Below, piece by piece: positions 7,201 through 17,356 of a DNA stretch of 64,000 bases (within the stretch, counting starts at the first letter, position 1; each line of letters starts with the position of its first letter). The DNA comes from a virus. The translations under genes were made by a program, and so were the position numbers. The notes below the pieces were generated by a model, which did not search any database, had not been told where the DNA came from, and saw nothing but the letters and a program-made list of their open reading frames with translations. The stretch spans positions 1-64,000 of IMG/VR virus record IMGVR_UViG_3300023223_001973. One strand, written 5' to 3'.

Positions 7201-8051
7201 GGCCTGACTGCGTGAAGGTAGGCTATGGTGATCCACAGCATGGAATTGCTCTTTCTGTAGTGGTCCTATTTTGTGACTTTGATGATGAACAGACGAGGGC
7301 CTCGGCAACTGCTTGCCTACTGTCTGTTCGCGAGACTGCCCCCGTGGATTGTGAGATCATCTGTGTACTGAATAACGTCTCGACTGAGCTTCTTGCCTTC
7401 GTGGAACATGCTGCTGATCGTGATGGTCGCATTGTATTGATTAATCTTAGTGTAAACTTGGGCGTGGTGGCTAAGAATCTGGGTTATGAGATTGCCCAAG
7501 GTAAGCTCATCTTCTCCATCGATGGTGACGTTCTAGTTAGGGATAGGAAGGCCTTTACTGATTGTGTTACCTTTATGGAGAGCCGTAGACATATTCATAC
7601 AGCTCTGATAGGTCCATGTGGTGGTATCTTGGACAAGGAACGATGGACTGATGAAGACTGGCCTATTGCTAAGTGGGAAGAGGGCTCTAATGCCTTTGGG
7701 TATGATGATCCTATCGACTTTGGTGGTGAGGTTGCTGATCTTCATGGCATGAAGGTAGATGCCATACCCAGCTTGTTCTGGTGCTTTCGCAAGGAGGTCA
7801 TGGAGGAGGTAGGATCTCTGGACTGGAGGTTTGGTCCCTTTGTAGGATCTGACTCTGATTTTTGCTTTCGTGTTAAGGAGGCAGGATACGATATATGCCT
7901 TGTGAGAGTTCCTATTACCCATTATGGAGGTGGTGCGAGTACGCACAAGGCCTTCAAGAAGGACATTGATTTCCTAAGGGGAAGTCATATCAAGCTGCTC
8001 TACGATCTGTGGTATGAGAAGTTTGATGTGATAAGTGAGGGAGGCAAATGA
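7197..8051 (+). CDS. GT2 family glycosyltransferase
   Basis: LSVVVL...EIICVLNNVS...NLGVVAKNLG...FSIDGD (DxD)...DSDFCFRVKEAGY. Confidence 0.85.
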   Translation: MRPDCVKVGYGDPQHGIALSVVVLFCDFDDEQTRASATACLLSVRETAPVDCEIICVLNNVSTELLAFVEHAADRDGRIVLINLSVNLGVVAKNLGYEIAQGKLIFSIDGDVLVRDRKAFTDCVTFMESRRHIHTALIGPCGGILDKERWTDEDWPIAKWEEGSNAFGYDDPIDFGGEVADLHGMKVDAIPSLFWCFRKEVMEEVGSLDWRFGPFVGSDSDFCFRVKEAGYDICLVRVPITHYGGGASTHKAFKKDIDFLRGSHIKLLYDLWYEKFDVISEGGK

Positions 8052-8052
8052 T

Positions 8053-8385
8053 ATGAGTTTACTAGCAGTTCAACGTTTGACTGGTCGGGGCGAGATTCCG
8101 ATTGAGTTAGACTTTATGACTATTCCTGAGGCTCTTAAGGATGCTAAGGATTCGGATAGAATTGTAGTTGATGCCCGTACTATGCGGATGTTGTTTGGGT
8201 TTTGTGAGGATTGGGGGCCTCTTTCCAAGGAGAAGTGTGCTGCTCAGTATAAGAGGTTTGTAACAGCTGAGTTCTTGGATCGATGTATAAACTGTATGGA
8301 GGCAGTGGTGCAAGATGAGGCAACGAAGGAGCAAGTTCAATACTTCCTGGATCGGTTGAAAGGAGTAATGAAGGAAGAGTTGTGA
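8053..8385 (+). CDS. Hypothetical protein
   Basis: GGAGG RBS; within the cluster. Confidence 0.55.
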   Translation: MSLLAVQRLTGRGEIPIELDFMTIPEALKDAKDSDRIVVDARTMRMLFGFCEDWGPLSKEKCAAQYKRFVTAEFLDRCINCMEAVVQDEATKEQVQYFLDRLKGVMKEEL

Positions 8386-8493
8386 GTCCGGTACCAAATT
8401 ATAGCTATCATTGTAACGGAATCTGATCTTGAGGGTACTGCTATATACAATGAATCTATCTCACATTGGGACCTTTAACCCCAAGGGTGACTC

Positions 8494-9927
8494 ATGAAAG
8501 TTCTATTTGTCGCTAAAGAGTTGAGGATGGACCCCCTCGGCATCATGTATCTCAGTGCCCAGCTCAAGCATGAAGGGCATGAGGTTGAGCTTGCCCGGAT
8601 GGATGACAAGAAGGCGTCGGGTCATGATGTGGTCAAGAGGTTCCAGCCCGACGTGCTAGCATATTCCATGTGCTCTGGTCTAGAGTGCTTCTATGAACAG
8701 TGGGATAAGGAGTTTCGTAAGCTGATCAACCATAGGGTTCGGAGCATGTGGGGTGGACCCGCGGTCACCTTTGATGTTGCCTTGAGGGCTCGTCTAAGTC
8801 AGGGCCCTGACAATATGGCCTTTGGTGGTGAGTGCGAGAAGTCATTTGCTGAATACTTGCGGACCTGGGAGGAGCCCAAGCCCAGTATCGTGGATCTTGA
8901 TGAGGTTCTCCCTCCTGATAGGGCTATCGCATATCAATTCGAGAGCCTGAGGAATAACCCCATCAAGAATGTTCTTACCCGCCGTGGTTGTCACTATGGC
9001 TGTTCCTACTGCTTCAATCGGGACTGGAACAAGATGTTCCGGAAGCAGCTCCCCAAGGGCATCTATCGGTACCACTCACCCGAACGCGTGGTTGAGGAGT
9101 GCCGGCAGGTCATGAAGGACTGGCCTGTGGAGATGTTCAACTTCGTGGATGACAACTATGCCTCATCTGAGGAATGGTTAGAGGAGTTTGCTCCTATCTA
9201 CAAGAAGGAGATAGGACTCCCCTTCTTCTGCTCCGTCCGTCCGGAGGATGCCCAGAAGAATGGTCCCATCATTCCTCTGATTAAGGCTGCTGGTGGCTGG
9301 ATCGTGAACATGGCCATTGAGTCCGCCAACAAGGAGAACCGGAAGCGTGTTCTCATCCGTGGTGGTAAGGGCCTCCAGCCTGTGATTGACACCATCAACG
9401 AAGTCCACAAGCACGGCATGGTCACTCGCCTGCAAAACATTGTTGGCCTGCCGGTAGAGGACCCGCTTGCTGACGCTTATGAGACTCTGGATTTCAACAT
9501 CATGGCCAAGCCTACCTCTTCATGGGCCGCTCTTCTTCAGCCTTATCGTGGGACCAAGGTCAACGAGATCGCTGAAGCAGGTGGCTTCCTGGCTGAGGAT
9601 CATGTTACCGATGAGGAGTTCTTCGGAAGGTCTGCGCTTAAGATTCGGGATAAGAGGAAGGTCGAGAGACTGCATAAGTTGTGGCCTCTGCTCACCTGCT
9701 ATCCCATCTTCCGGAAGATTGCACCTCTTCTGATCCGTATACCGCTGCCCTTCAGCTGGTTCACGTGGTTCTTCAAGTATACGAAGAAGCACTTCGCTGA
9801 ACGGGATCTGTGGGTTGTATGTCGTAAGAAGTCAGCTCGGGATGCCAACCTGCCCTTCCCTGTCAATTCTGCTCCGAATAAGAAAAAGATAGATGCTGAG
9901 GCACTTGAGACAGCATTGGATTGTTGA
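8494..9927 (+). CDS. B12-binding-domain radical SAM protein (class B methylase-like)
   Basis: PLGIMYLSAQLKHEGHEV cobalamin-domain start; TRRGCHYGCSYC (CX3CX2C); FVDDN; AIES. Confidence 0.9.
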   Translation: MKVLFVAKELRMDPLGIMYLSAQLKHEGHEVELARMDDKKASGHDVVKRFQPDVLAYSMCSGLECFYEQWDKEFRKLINHRVRSMWGGPAVTFDVALRARLSQGPDNMAFGGECEKSFAEYLRTWEEPKPSIVDLDEVLPPDRAIAYQFESLRNNPIKNVLTRRGCHYGCSYCFNRDWNKMFRKQLPKGIYRYHSPERVVEECRQVMKDWPVEMFNFVDDNYASSEEWLEEFAPIYKKEIGLPFFCSVRPEDAQKNGPIIPLIKAAGGWIVNMAIESANKENRKRVLIRGGKGLQPVIDTINEVHKHGMVTRLQNIVGLPVEDPLADAYETLDFNIMAKPTSSWAALLQPYRGTKVNEIAEAGGFLAEDHVTDEEFFGRSALKIRDKRKVERLHKLWPLLTCYPIFRKIAPLLIRIPLPFSWFTWFFKYTKKHFAERDLWVVCRKKSARDANLPFPVNSAPNKKKIDAEALETALDC

Positions 9928-9954
9928 ACATTCTAGCTGGGACGTATTGGTTGT

Positions 9955-10725
9955 ATGAACTGTTATATGACCAAGGTTCCTTGGGTCTCCCACCCTGGCG
10001 ATGATCTCTCGATTCTAGGTGAGAAGGATGGTCTTACTGTCCTTCGGTGTTCCTTCTGTGGTCTAATCCAAGTTGACCATACGGACAAGGAAGCCTACCT
10101 AGACTCCTACCGCACTGCAGATGGTTACTTTACACGACGTGTAATGATAGGCCATGAGTCATATGCGGCTCGCCTTGCGCATGATGTGAGGGTGTCTGAG
10201 ATCCGAGTACGAAATCTCTTGTGGAGACTTCGCGCGCGGTCAAGGAGTAAGATATCCTTACTAGACATAGGGTGTGGGAATGGTGGCTTCATTAAGGCTG
10301 CTATCTCTCATGACTTCGATTGTCTCGGCGTTGATCTGTCACCTTATTTCACTAAGTGTAATGTGGAAGGCATTACTGGTGCCTCCTTTATGTGTCGTGA
10401 TCTGATTGCTCAGGGTAATGAGGGTCTGGGTCCTTTTGATGTGATTACGTTCCACGATAGCTTTGAACACTTTCTTGACCCTGTCGCCTATGTTGAGGCC
10501 CTAAGACCATTGCACAGTCCTGGGGGTCTGATAGTTGTTGAGATGCCTGATACTTCCTGCAATGAGTATGCTGAAGAGGGCATGAACTGGCGACACATGA
10601 AGCCCAAGGAACATCCGTTTCTGTATCGTGAGCAGATTATTGCTGATATGTTCAGGGATCTGGGTGTGGCTCTTGTCGATGTTGTCTATCCCATCCCTGG
10701 AAGGATGATTTTGTATCTGGGTTAG
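9955..10725 (+). CDS. Class I SAM-dependent methyltransferase
   Basis: LLDIGCGNG, GVDLS, FDVITFHDSFEHFLDP, PGGLIVVEMP; N-terminal RCSFCGL. Confidence 0.9.
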   Translation: MNCYMTKVPWVSHPGDDLSILGEKDGLTVLRCSFCGLIQVDHTDKEAYLDSYRTADGYFTRRVMIGHESYAARLAHDVRVSEIRVRNLLWRLRARSRSKISLLDIGCGNGGFIKAAISHDFDCLGVDLSPYFTKCNVEGITGASFMCRDLIAQGNEGLGPFDVITFHDSFEHFLDPVAYVEALRPLHSPGGLIVVEMPDTSCNEYAEEGMNWRHMKPKEHPFLYREQIIADMFRDLGVALVDVVYPIPGRMILYLG

Positions 10726-10727
10726 TA

Positions 10728-11384
10728 ATGGAGAAAACTCAGCTTACCCCCCACGAGTTCCAGGCGCTTTATGAGAATGTAAAGTGTCCCGGCGATCCTT
10801 CTCGGTTCAATCATTACGTCCAGTCTGCCTGGATTAAGTTCCAGATCGCTAGACTACTTCAACCTTCTAATATTGTGGAGTTAGGGGTCCGTGCTGGATA
10901 CTCAGCTTGGTCTCTGCATCATGGTTGGCCTATAGCCAACATTATAGCCTATGACAGCTATCAATCTGGCTATCAGGGAACTCAGGGACATGAGCTTGAG
11001 CTACAAGTTCATGCTGAAGAACTGCTTGAGAGGTTAGGAATAGAGCTTAGGATTGAGGATACGCAGAAGCTGAAGTCTATTCCATCTGCTGCTCTGTATC
11101 ATGTTGACGCAGACCATACTTATGAAGGTTGCTATAAGGACATTAAGCTATGCATGAACTCAAATGACGAAGCTGTGATAGTGGTTCATGACAGTAATGC
11201 TGATGCAGTTCATAGCGCAATAAAGGATGTAGTTACTTCAGCTAATCCTAGATGGTTCTGGGATAATATATCAAGTCATTGGGGTGATGCCGTCATCAGT
11301 AGGCGTCTTGAACCCTGGGTAGATAAGGTTAAACCGTTCCCTCCTAAGTTAGTGAAGTCTGACCCTGGCTGGCCCGATGAGTAG
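10728..11384 (+). CDS. Methyltransf_24-like SAM methyltransferase
   Basis: IVELGVRAGYS, HVDADHTYEG, IVVHD. Confidence 0.8.
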   Translation: MEKTQLTPHEFQALYENVKCPGDPSRFNHYVQSAWIKFQIARLLQPSNIVELGVRAGYSAWSLHHGWPIANIIAYDSYQSGYQGTQGHELELQVHAEELLERLGIELRIEDTQKLKSIPSAALYHVDADHTYEGCYKDIKLCMNSNDEAVIVVHDSNADAVHSAIKDVVTSANPRWFWDNISSHWGDAVISRRLEPWVDKVKPFPPKLVKSDPGWPDE

Positions 11385-12105
11385 GCTCATTTACTTTGAG
11401 TCCTTCCCACACACTGGGTCCTGGTTCTTGATCAACTTTATCATGTCCCATCCTGAAGTGGGTGGGTTCCTCCCTGCATACCAGCTACCACTCGCCCTAA
11501 TGGGTGTAGATAACCCTCGCAAGGTGCTTGGAGGTCCTAATGATAAACCTCCGATCACTGAACATATGGGGACTGAACATTCTGTAACCTTGGTTCATTC
11601 CCACTGTCAAGGGGCTGATAGCTGTGCTTGGACCTTCCTTAACCTGCATCATGGTGTTCTGGTCTCACTTCGCGACCCATTAATGATCCTTGTTAGCTGG
11701 AAGCAGTCTGTACCCAACTTCAACCAAGGTCAGGTGGCAAGGTACTGGAGACGGTATTGTGCCTGGTACCCTCATCTTGGGAACCTTTGTGATGTAATCT
11801 ACTTTCCTATTGACTGGCTTGCTGGTGAATCTGTTGATACGAGATCATGGTACCTTATCCAGGTGTTGGACTGCTTCGATCTAGAAACTCATACCAACAT
11901 CATACATGAGACTGCTTCCTCTTGGGAGAGGGTGGGAGGTACTGGTGAGGGTTATCGTGCTGAGGCTCAGAAGGCGTATGATGATAGAGATGTGGAGTTC
12001 TTCGAGCGTACTATTCCTGAGGGGTTTAAGGTTCTGCGTGAATCAGAGGATCTTATGAGGCCCTTCCTCGAGCAGTGGTATAAGGACCTGTTATGGTGGT
12101 CATGA
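11377..12105 (+). CDS. Sulfotransferase-like protein
   Basis: 5'-PSB-like SFPHTGSWFL; 3'-PB-like VSLRDP...VSW. Confidence 0.65.
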   Translation: MSRLIYFESFPHTGSWFLINFIMSHPEVGGFLPAYQLPLALMGVDNPRKVLGGPNDKPPITEHMGTEHSVTLVHSHCQGADSCAWTFLNLHHGVLVSLRDPLMILVSWKQSVPNFNQGQVARYWRRYCAWYPHLGNLCDVIYFPIDWLAGESVDTRSWYLIQVLDCFDLETHTNIIHETASSWERVGGTGEGYRAEAQKAYDDRDVEFFERTIPEGFKVLRESEDLMRPFLEQWYKDLLWWS

Positions 12106-12812
12106 ATGATTCTTCTGTCATATTGGTTTGTACCTCTGGTAGGAGTGGTTCTCTCTATTTGAATGAAGTCTTTAAGCATCATAAGACCGGTGAGCAGGTT
12201 GTTCTCCATGAAGAGGGTGGTCGCCCTCCTTGGCGTGAAGATTTACCTGGACTTGCTGAGTCTGGCAAGGGTCTAATTCTGACTGGTCGCAATGCTATTG
12301 CTAGTTTAGGAGTGGAGTTGGCCCCTTATACACCTAAAGTTCTACACTTAGTGAGGAATGTACATGATGTCTGTATGAGCTGGTATGAGAGGATTCCTCA
12401 AGATCATTATAATCCTGAGCATGTTGCAGGGTTTTGGCCGTATGGTAACTCTTTTTCTCATTTAGATCGTAGGTGGTCTGAGTATCAGACCTATATATGG
12501 CATTGGTTCAGTACTTACTATGCTGGATTAAGTCTGTATCCTGTGCATACAACTCGTCAGTTGTATTTCCCTGATCTAAATGATGTTGATGCTATGAATG
12601 CTATATTGGATTGGTTAGGTATGATGGAGTTGTGTAATTCTAAGTCTTTAGAGCAGTGCCTTGGTGCTAAGAATTCTAGGATTAAGCATCGGTCTGGATC
12701 TCATATTGATACTGAACATGAGATGCACGAATGGCTTGATACTATGAGTGACCGTTCTAAAGAAAAAGTAAGAACAGTGGCTCGGAGTTTGGGAGAGGGG
12801 TACTCAATATGA
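12102..12812 (+). CDS. Sulfotransferase-like protein
   Basis: TSGRSGSLYL...HE; LHLVRN...SW. Confidence 0.75.
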   Translation: MNDSSVILVCTSGRSGSLYLNEVFKHHKTGEQVVLHEEGGRPPWREDLPGLAESGKGLILTGRNAIASLGVELAPYTPKVLHLVRNVHDVCMSWYERIPQDHYNPEHVAGFWPYGNSFSHLDRRWSEYQTYIWHWFSTYYAGLSLYPVHTTRQLYFPDLNDVDAMNAILDWLGMMELCNSKSLEQCLGAKNSRIKHRSGSHIDTEHEMHEWLDTMSDRSKEKVRTVARSLGEGYSI

Positions 12813-13999
12813 AGGTCTTGATGTCCTGTCGACAGCACCCCAAGCACCTGTGTGGTGGTCTATCCATTGCTTCCTGGAATACAGCTAAGGCTGCTCGTGA
12901 TGCTGGTCATGATGTGACCTTCCTTACCGCTGAACATCCTAGTCAACCTGATCTTGCCGAAACAGAAGAGGATGGTATTAAGGTTTCCTGGGTGCAAGGT
13001 ATGTTCCATGACTCCACCGGTTATCCTGATCTATATAAGTGCCTACGTGCCCATAAGGAATGGGTCATGGGGTTCGACATTCTGCATAGCCAGTCATCTG
13101 CACTGACTCCTTGCCTAGAGTGGGGCAAGCCCATCATCTTCCAAGACCATGGAACAATGCTAGCTGCCATGCAGGATGATATGAACATGCATGCCTTTGG
13201 CATGGAGAAGAAGTTTGGCATTGCACTTGGTACCTCCTGGAAGACCGATGTAGCCTACAACAAGATGTATGACGAGTTTACCCTCTGTATTGAGGGTCAG
13301 CGTGAGATGGATTATCTTCGTAAGTTCACTCAGGTGTGGGCTACATCTGCTATCTCTGCTGAGGATCTAGTAACTCGGTACTTTCTATGTAATGTAAGGT
13401 TGTTCTATCACTCCATCTATGATCTTGTGTATCCAGGTCCTCGTGAGGCTGCTTCCACACCTGTGGTAGGGTTCTTCGCACTGGAGTTGGATGCTCCTCA
13501 GAAGTATGCCAAGCTAGGTCTCAGTCAGCTGTTGCCCATTAAGGACCAGATCTCTATCAAGTTGGTCGGGAATGGACCTGTGACAGTGGCCTGGGCGAAG
13601 GAACACTTCCCTCGTGTAGAGTATACGGGATACCTTCAAGAGTCTGATGCCTTCCAAGCTCTATGTTCAGTGGATGTCCTGTTTGAGTGCTCATGCCACC
13701 ATCGTGGTCTGAACCTTGCAGGGATTACTGCAATGGGCTTGGGTATCCCTGTTATAGCCTACCCAACTGGTGGTCACCCTGATATGATTGGAGAGGAAGC
13801 TCTATATAATATATATGGACCTGGTGGGGCACTGGTTGATCCGTTTGATGATCAGATGGCGTGCGAGGCAGTCAGGAATATTACTATTAACAGGTCTGTT
13901 CGTAGTGTGAAGGCCCGCTTACAGTTTGAGAGCAAGTTCCTTCCAAAGATCGTATCCAAGCGATTGGATGAACTGTATGCAGAGATTCTTTCCGGGTAA
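12809..13999 (+). CDS. GT4 family glycosyltransferase
   Basis: MKVLM...GGLS...GHDVTFLT; DILHSQS; AMGLGIPVIAYPTGGHPDMI. Confidence 0.85.
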   Translation: MKVLMSCRQHPKHLCGGLSIASWNTAKAARDAGHDVTFLTAEHPSQPDLAETEEDGIKVSWVQGMFHDSTGYPDLYKCLRAHKEWVMGFDILHSQSSALTPCLEWGKPIIFQDHGTMLAAMQDDMNMHAFGMEKKFGIALGTSWKTDVAYNKMYDEFTLCIEGQREMDYLRKFTQVWATSAISAEDLVTRYFLCNVRLFYHSIYDLVYPGPREAASTPVVGFFALELDAPQKYAKLGLSQLLPIKDQISIKLVGNGPVTVAWAKEHFPRVEYTGYLQESDAFQALCSVDVLFECSCHHRGLNLAGITAMGLGIPVIAYPTGGHPDMIGEEALYNIYGPGGALVDPFDDQMACEAVRNITINRSVRSVKARLQFESKFLPKIVSKRLDELYAEILSG

Positions 14000-15008
14000 C
14001 CCCACAGGAAACCCCGTTCCAATCCACAAGATTAAGGGCTTTCCTCCTGAGGCATGGGACCCTTTCAAGTATAATGAGCTTGCTTTTGTGAAGGGTCCTG
14101 TTAGGGTGCTTCCCTATCAGAAGATGGTCTTGAATCCTGAGAAGAGAGCCCGCAAGGCCATAATGCTCAAGTACTGGGGTGCTGTTGGGGACTTTTACTA
14201 CTTCCTGACCTTTGCAAACTACGTACTGAAGAAGTATTCTACCCGCAAGATTGTCCTAGCTGCTGATACCTACAGCCGGTATCAAGGCCATCCCATAGTG
14301 GAGCTATGTCAGCACAATGGTTTGATTGATGAGCTGTGGCTTCATCGGAGGAAGACGGGTGGCCCTAATACCTTCCCTTCCGAGTTCTATGCTCAGGCTG
14401 AACTTGATTCTCCTAATGTCATGTTATTCCATGTTGGAATTTACTATCCTCAGTGCCTTGTAGGTCCTGGTGTAAAAGAGTGGCCTCTGCGTCAGATGCG
14501 TCAAGCTTGTGAGAAGGAGCGTTTCCTAATCCATATTCTCTCCGAGAAAGAGCTTAGAAGGATGTATCCTCAGTTACCAGAGAAGTATGTGACATTCCAT
14601 CCTAGGACCTTTGGTAAGAATTATAAGAACGAAGTTCCCATGACGGCTATTAATGCTGTGGCCCATCTTCAAATCCCTATTGTTGTGCTCCAGTTTCAGG
14701 GTGAGAACCATGCCAAGCTGTTTGAAGAGATTCCTAATGTACATGTCTTCCATATAAATGATACTCCTACCTCTATCTGGGTGCAGTATTACGCCCAGTT
14801 TCATGTTGGCCTTGAGAGTAGCCCGCTTCTAGCTGCGGTTATTCATAAGGTCCATGCCTACTATTTCCCCTTCTCTGGCATCTCTATGTTCAAGCGTGAT
14901 CTTGGCATTGAGCCCTATTGTCATGAGTTGGATTGGGATGCCACGGCTGAAGATCTCCACAAGACCTTCAAGACTGCTCTTAAACGTAGGATTATCCCAC
15001 GCGTATAG
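13926..15008 (+). CDS. GT9-like glycosyltransferase (start probably 13968/13977)
   Basis: WGAVGD; YVTFHPR; FHVGLESSPLLAA. Confidence 0.6.
   Translation: MRASSFQRSYPSDWMNCMQRFFPGNPTGNPVPIHKIKGFPPEAWDPFKYNELAFVKGPVRVLPYQKMVLNPEKRARKAIMLKYWGAVGDFYYFLTFANYVLKKYSTRKIVLAADTYSRYQGHPIVELCQHNGLIDELWLHRRKTGGPNTFPSEFYAQAELDSPNVMLFHVGIYYPQCLVGPGVKEWPLRQMRQACEKERFLIHILSEKELRRMYPQLPEKYVTFHPRTFGKNYKNEVPMTAINAVAHLQIPIVVLQFQGENHAKLFEEIPNVHVFHINDTPTSIWVQYYAQFHVGLESSPLLAAVIHKVHAYYFPFSGISMFKRDLGIEPYCHELDWDATAEDLHKTFKTALKRRIIPRV
14981..15005 (+). promoter_or_regulatory. Variant ECF-type promoter TAAAC-N16-CGTA
   Basis: Same spacing as the main motif, followed by AAGGAGG RBS. Confidence 0.5.
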
Positions 15009-15027
15009 TAGTCAAAGGAGGAATGAA

Positions 15028-15234
15028 ATGGCTCCTGAGTTGAAGGAAGAGACCTTTAATACTGGTGATGTTGTACGAGTCCGTGAAGGGGCTGTTCATA
15101 TCAAACCTCAGTTCCATAGTACTGAGGGTACTGTGATAAGATGGACCCATGATCACTGGTATATTGTGAATATAGCTTACTCAGTAACACTGTTACGAGC
15201 AAGCGAATTACAACTTGTACGTAGAGCAGGCTGA
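15028..15234 (+). CDS. Small KOW/SH3-like protein
   Basis: FNTGDVVRV...EGTVIR...WYIV...SELQLV; AAGGAGG RBS. Confidence 0.55.
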   Translation: MAPELKEETFNTGDVVRVREGAVHIKPQFHSTEGTVIRWTHDHWYIVNIAYSVTLLRASELQLVRRAG

Positions 15235-15256
15235 ACCTTAGCCTCTGCCTTACGTA
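15232..15256 (+). promoter_or_regulatory. Phage ECF-type promoter
   Basis: TGAACCT 15232-15238, CGTA 15253-15256. Confidence 0.8.
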
Positions 15257-15278
15257 TAGGTAGTAAGGAGGACATACA

Positions 15279-16565
15279 ATGGCTGTTCAAAGACGACTTG
15301 CTGAACTCAAGAACGAATGCGAGAAGCTTGGTCTGAGCGTTACCCCGGTTGGCAAGCGTGAAGCCAAGAAGGACTTCGTCAAGGCTCTTCAGCTGCACAA
15401 TCTGAAGGTCCGTTATAAGGAAGATGCCTTTATTCCCTCCAGCTTGGCTTTTATGCTGAGTATGGAATCCCCTATGCTCTGCTTCCGCCTGCCCAATATG
15501 CCTGAGGACTTCCAGGAGTCAGTCTGGGACGACCCCAACTGGATCGCTGAGGAGAAGATCAATGGCTGCCGGATGCTGGTGATCTACAACGAGCAGGAAG
15601 GGATCAAGTTTTACTCCCGTAACCTGTCTCTCATCGACTACCTGCCAGTTGAGTATACAAACATCTGGCTAAAGAACTTTGATATCAACTCCCTGAAGGC
15701 ACTGGGTATCAGCTCCTTCATCCTCGATACAGAGGTCCTCTGCCCGGTCGCCAAGGTGGATACGACCAAGAAGGCCATGGGCGGTGGGAGTGGGGTGGTA
15801 ACCGAGACGAACTTGCAGGCCACTACGGCTCTGATGGCTCTCAACGATGCAGATAGCCTGCGGATACAGCAGGAGAACGACATCCACCTTGAGTTCCACG
15901 CCTTCCACCTCCTGGAGCTCAATGGGAACTCGTTCGAGGCCCTTCCCTATCACCAGATGGACCAGATCCTGCAGGAGACGATTACCCGCTTGCAGTCTGT
16001 GGACCTCAATGTCCGGTCGATCACCAAGTTCATCGAGGGTAAGAAGACCTTCTTCGAGAAGATCGTGGCAGCCGGCGGTGAGGGAGTGGTGCTCAAGAGT
16101 CTGAACTCTACCTACCACGCCAAAGAGTCCCGCTATCACAAGGAGTGGATCAAGGCCAAGCGGACCGTGTCCTTCTCGGCCGCTGATGGTGGCCTGGGTG
16201 ACACGATTGATGGATGGATTATGGGTTCCATGCCTGGTAACAAGGGCACTGCCTTCGAGAAGCTGGTCGGGTGCCTGCAGGTTGGCGTCTGGCTGACTAA
16301 GGCTGATGGGTCTCAGGTGATCCATCATATCGCCAACGTACCCAACCTGACCCTGGCCTTCCGTCAAGAGAATACGGTGATTGGCGAGGACGGGGTGCCC
16401 GCCATCAATCCTTCCTTCCACAACAAGGTTGTGGAGATTGATGGTCAGTGGATCTCTGCCAGGGCTCGCCGTCTGGTCCATCCTCGGCTCATCCGCTTTC
16501 GTGAAGACCGGTCTCCTGAGACCTGCGTCCTCACTGAGGAAGAGCTGACTAAGATGATCATCTAG
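15279..16565 (+). CDS. ATP-dependent DNA ligase with N-terminal SAP-like helix-extension-helix
   Basis: Motif I EEKINGCR, III ILDTEV, IIIa FHAFHLL, IV EGVVLK, V WIKAK, OB domain with HPRLIRFREDR. Confidence 0.9.
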   Translation: MAVQRRLAELKNECEKLGLSVTPVGKREAKKDFVKALQLHNLKVRYKEDAFIPSSLAFMLSMESPMLCFRLPNMPEDFQESVWDDPNWIAEEKINGCRMLVIYNEQEGIKFYSRNLSLIDYLPVEYTNIWLKNFDINSLKALGISSFILDTEVLCPVAKVDTTKKAMGGGSGVVTETNLQATTALMALNDADSLRIQQENDIHLEFHAFHLLELNGNSFEALPYHQMDQILQETITRLQSVDLNVRSITKFIEGKKTFFEKIVAAGGEGVVLKSLNSTYHAKESRYHKEWIKAKRTVSFSAADGGLGDTIDGWIMGSMPGNKGTAFEKLVGCLQVGVWLTKADGSQVIHHIANVPNLTLAFRQENTVIGEDGVPAINPSFHNKVVEIDGQWISARARRLVHPRLIRFREDRSPETCVLTEEELTKMII

Positions 16566-16574
16566 GAGGTTGAC

Positions 16575-16949
16575 ATGGATGATATGACCTGGACTCAGGT
16601 AAAGTACTCTTTCTATAATCGTCAAGATGACTATCAAGAGCATGGAGACTTGCTAGTTCAGGGGTCTCCGGAAGATCCTGAGACTATTAAGCGTTTGGTA
16701 AAGCAGCTTCAATACTGTCTTAAAAAGTGGTACTGGAGAGATAAGGGGCTTAGTGGGAGCCTGGCTATAGTAGAAGTAAATGAATTGATACGAACGGATG
16801 TACAAGCGCAGGATTTGATACAGGCTATAACTCAAGCTCATAATAATCATGTTTCTGAGTGGCGAACTAAAGCAGATAAAAAGAGGGCAGATGAGGTGGA
16901 AGCACGGGAGCGTAGTGAGCTGGCCCGTCTGAAAGATAAGTATTCCTGA
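16575..16949 (+). CDS. Hypothetical protein
   Basis: AGGAGG RBS. Confidence 0.65.
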   Translation: MDDMTWTQVKYSFYNRQDDYQEHGDLLVQGSPEDPETIKRLVKQLQYCLKKWYWRDKGLSGSLAIVEVNELIRTDVQAQDLIQAITQAHNNHVSEWRTKADKKRADEVEARERSELARLKDKYS

Positions 16950-16993
16950 TTGAGTCTGGCCGCCTTCTGGCAGGTATCATGTAAAGGTGATTT

Positions 16994-17356
16994 ATGGGTT
17001 TATTAAGTCCACTCAATCTTATGCGACGCGAGATGGGTATGCTTCGGCGAGCCATCCGAGATAATCGGTGGGAGCTGAAGATGCTTGTTAGTGATAAGCG
17101 CGGCTACCATGAAGACCTTCTTAAATTTATGTCTCACGGCGTAGGAACTGAAGCGGCTATAGATTTCTCTCGGCACCAGATGGAGAGTACGACTGCTGAG
17201 ATAGCTGAGTGTACGCGCTTCAATTACGAAACCTTGCAGAAACTCAGGAAGCTGGAGAAGGAGGTCTGGTTACTGGTTGCCAAGCTTCCCATCTGGCAGC
17301 CTGATTATGAGAACAACCTTTATAAATGGACACCTCCTGATCGGAAACCTACCTAG
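16994..17356 (+). CDS. Hypothetical protein
   Basis: AAGGTGA RBS, 120 aa. Confidence 0.6.
   Translation: MGLLSPLNLMRREMGMLRRAIRDNRWELKMLVSDKRGYHEDLLKFMSHGVGTEAAIDFSRHQMESTTAEIAECTRFNYETLQKLRKLEKEVWLLVAKLPIWQPDYENNLYKWTPPDRKPT

Noticed and set aside
9925-9946. TGAAC...CGTA before the methyltransferase gene
   Set aside because: Spacer is 13 nt rather than 16, so not counted as a promoter copy.
15669-16643. 324-aa antisense ORF
   Set aside because: Shadow of the GC3-rich ligase gene; no motifs.
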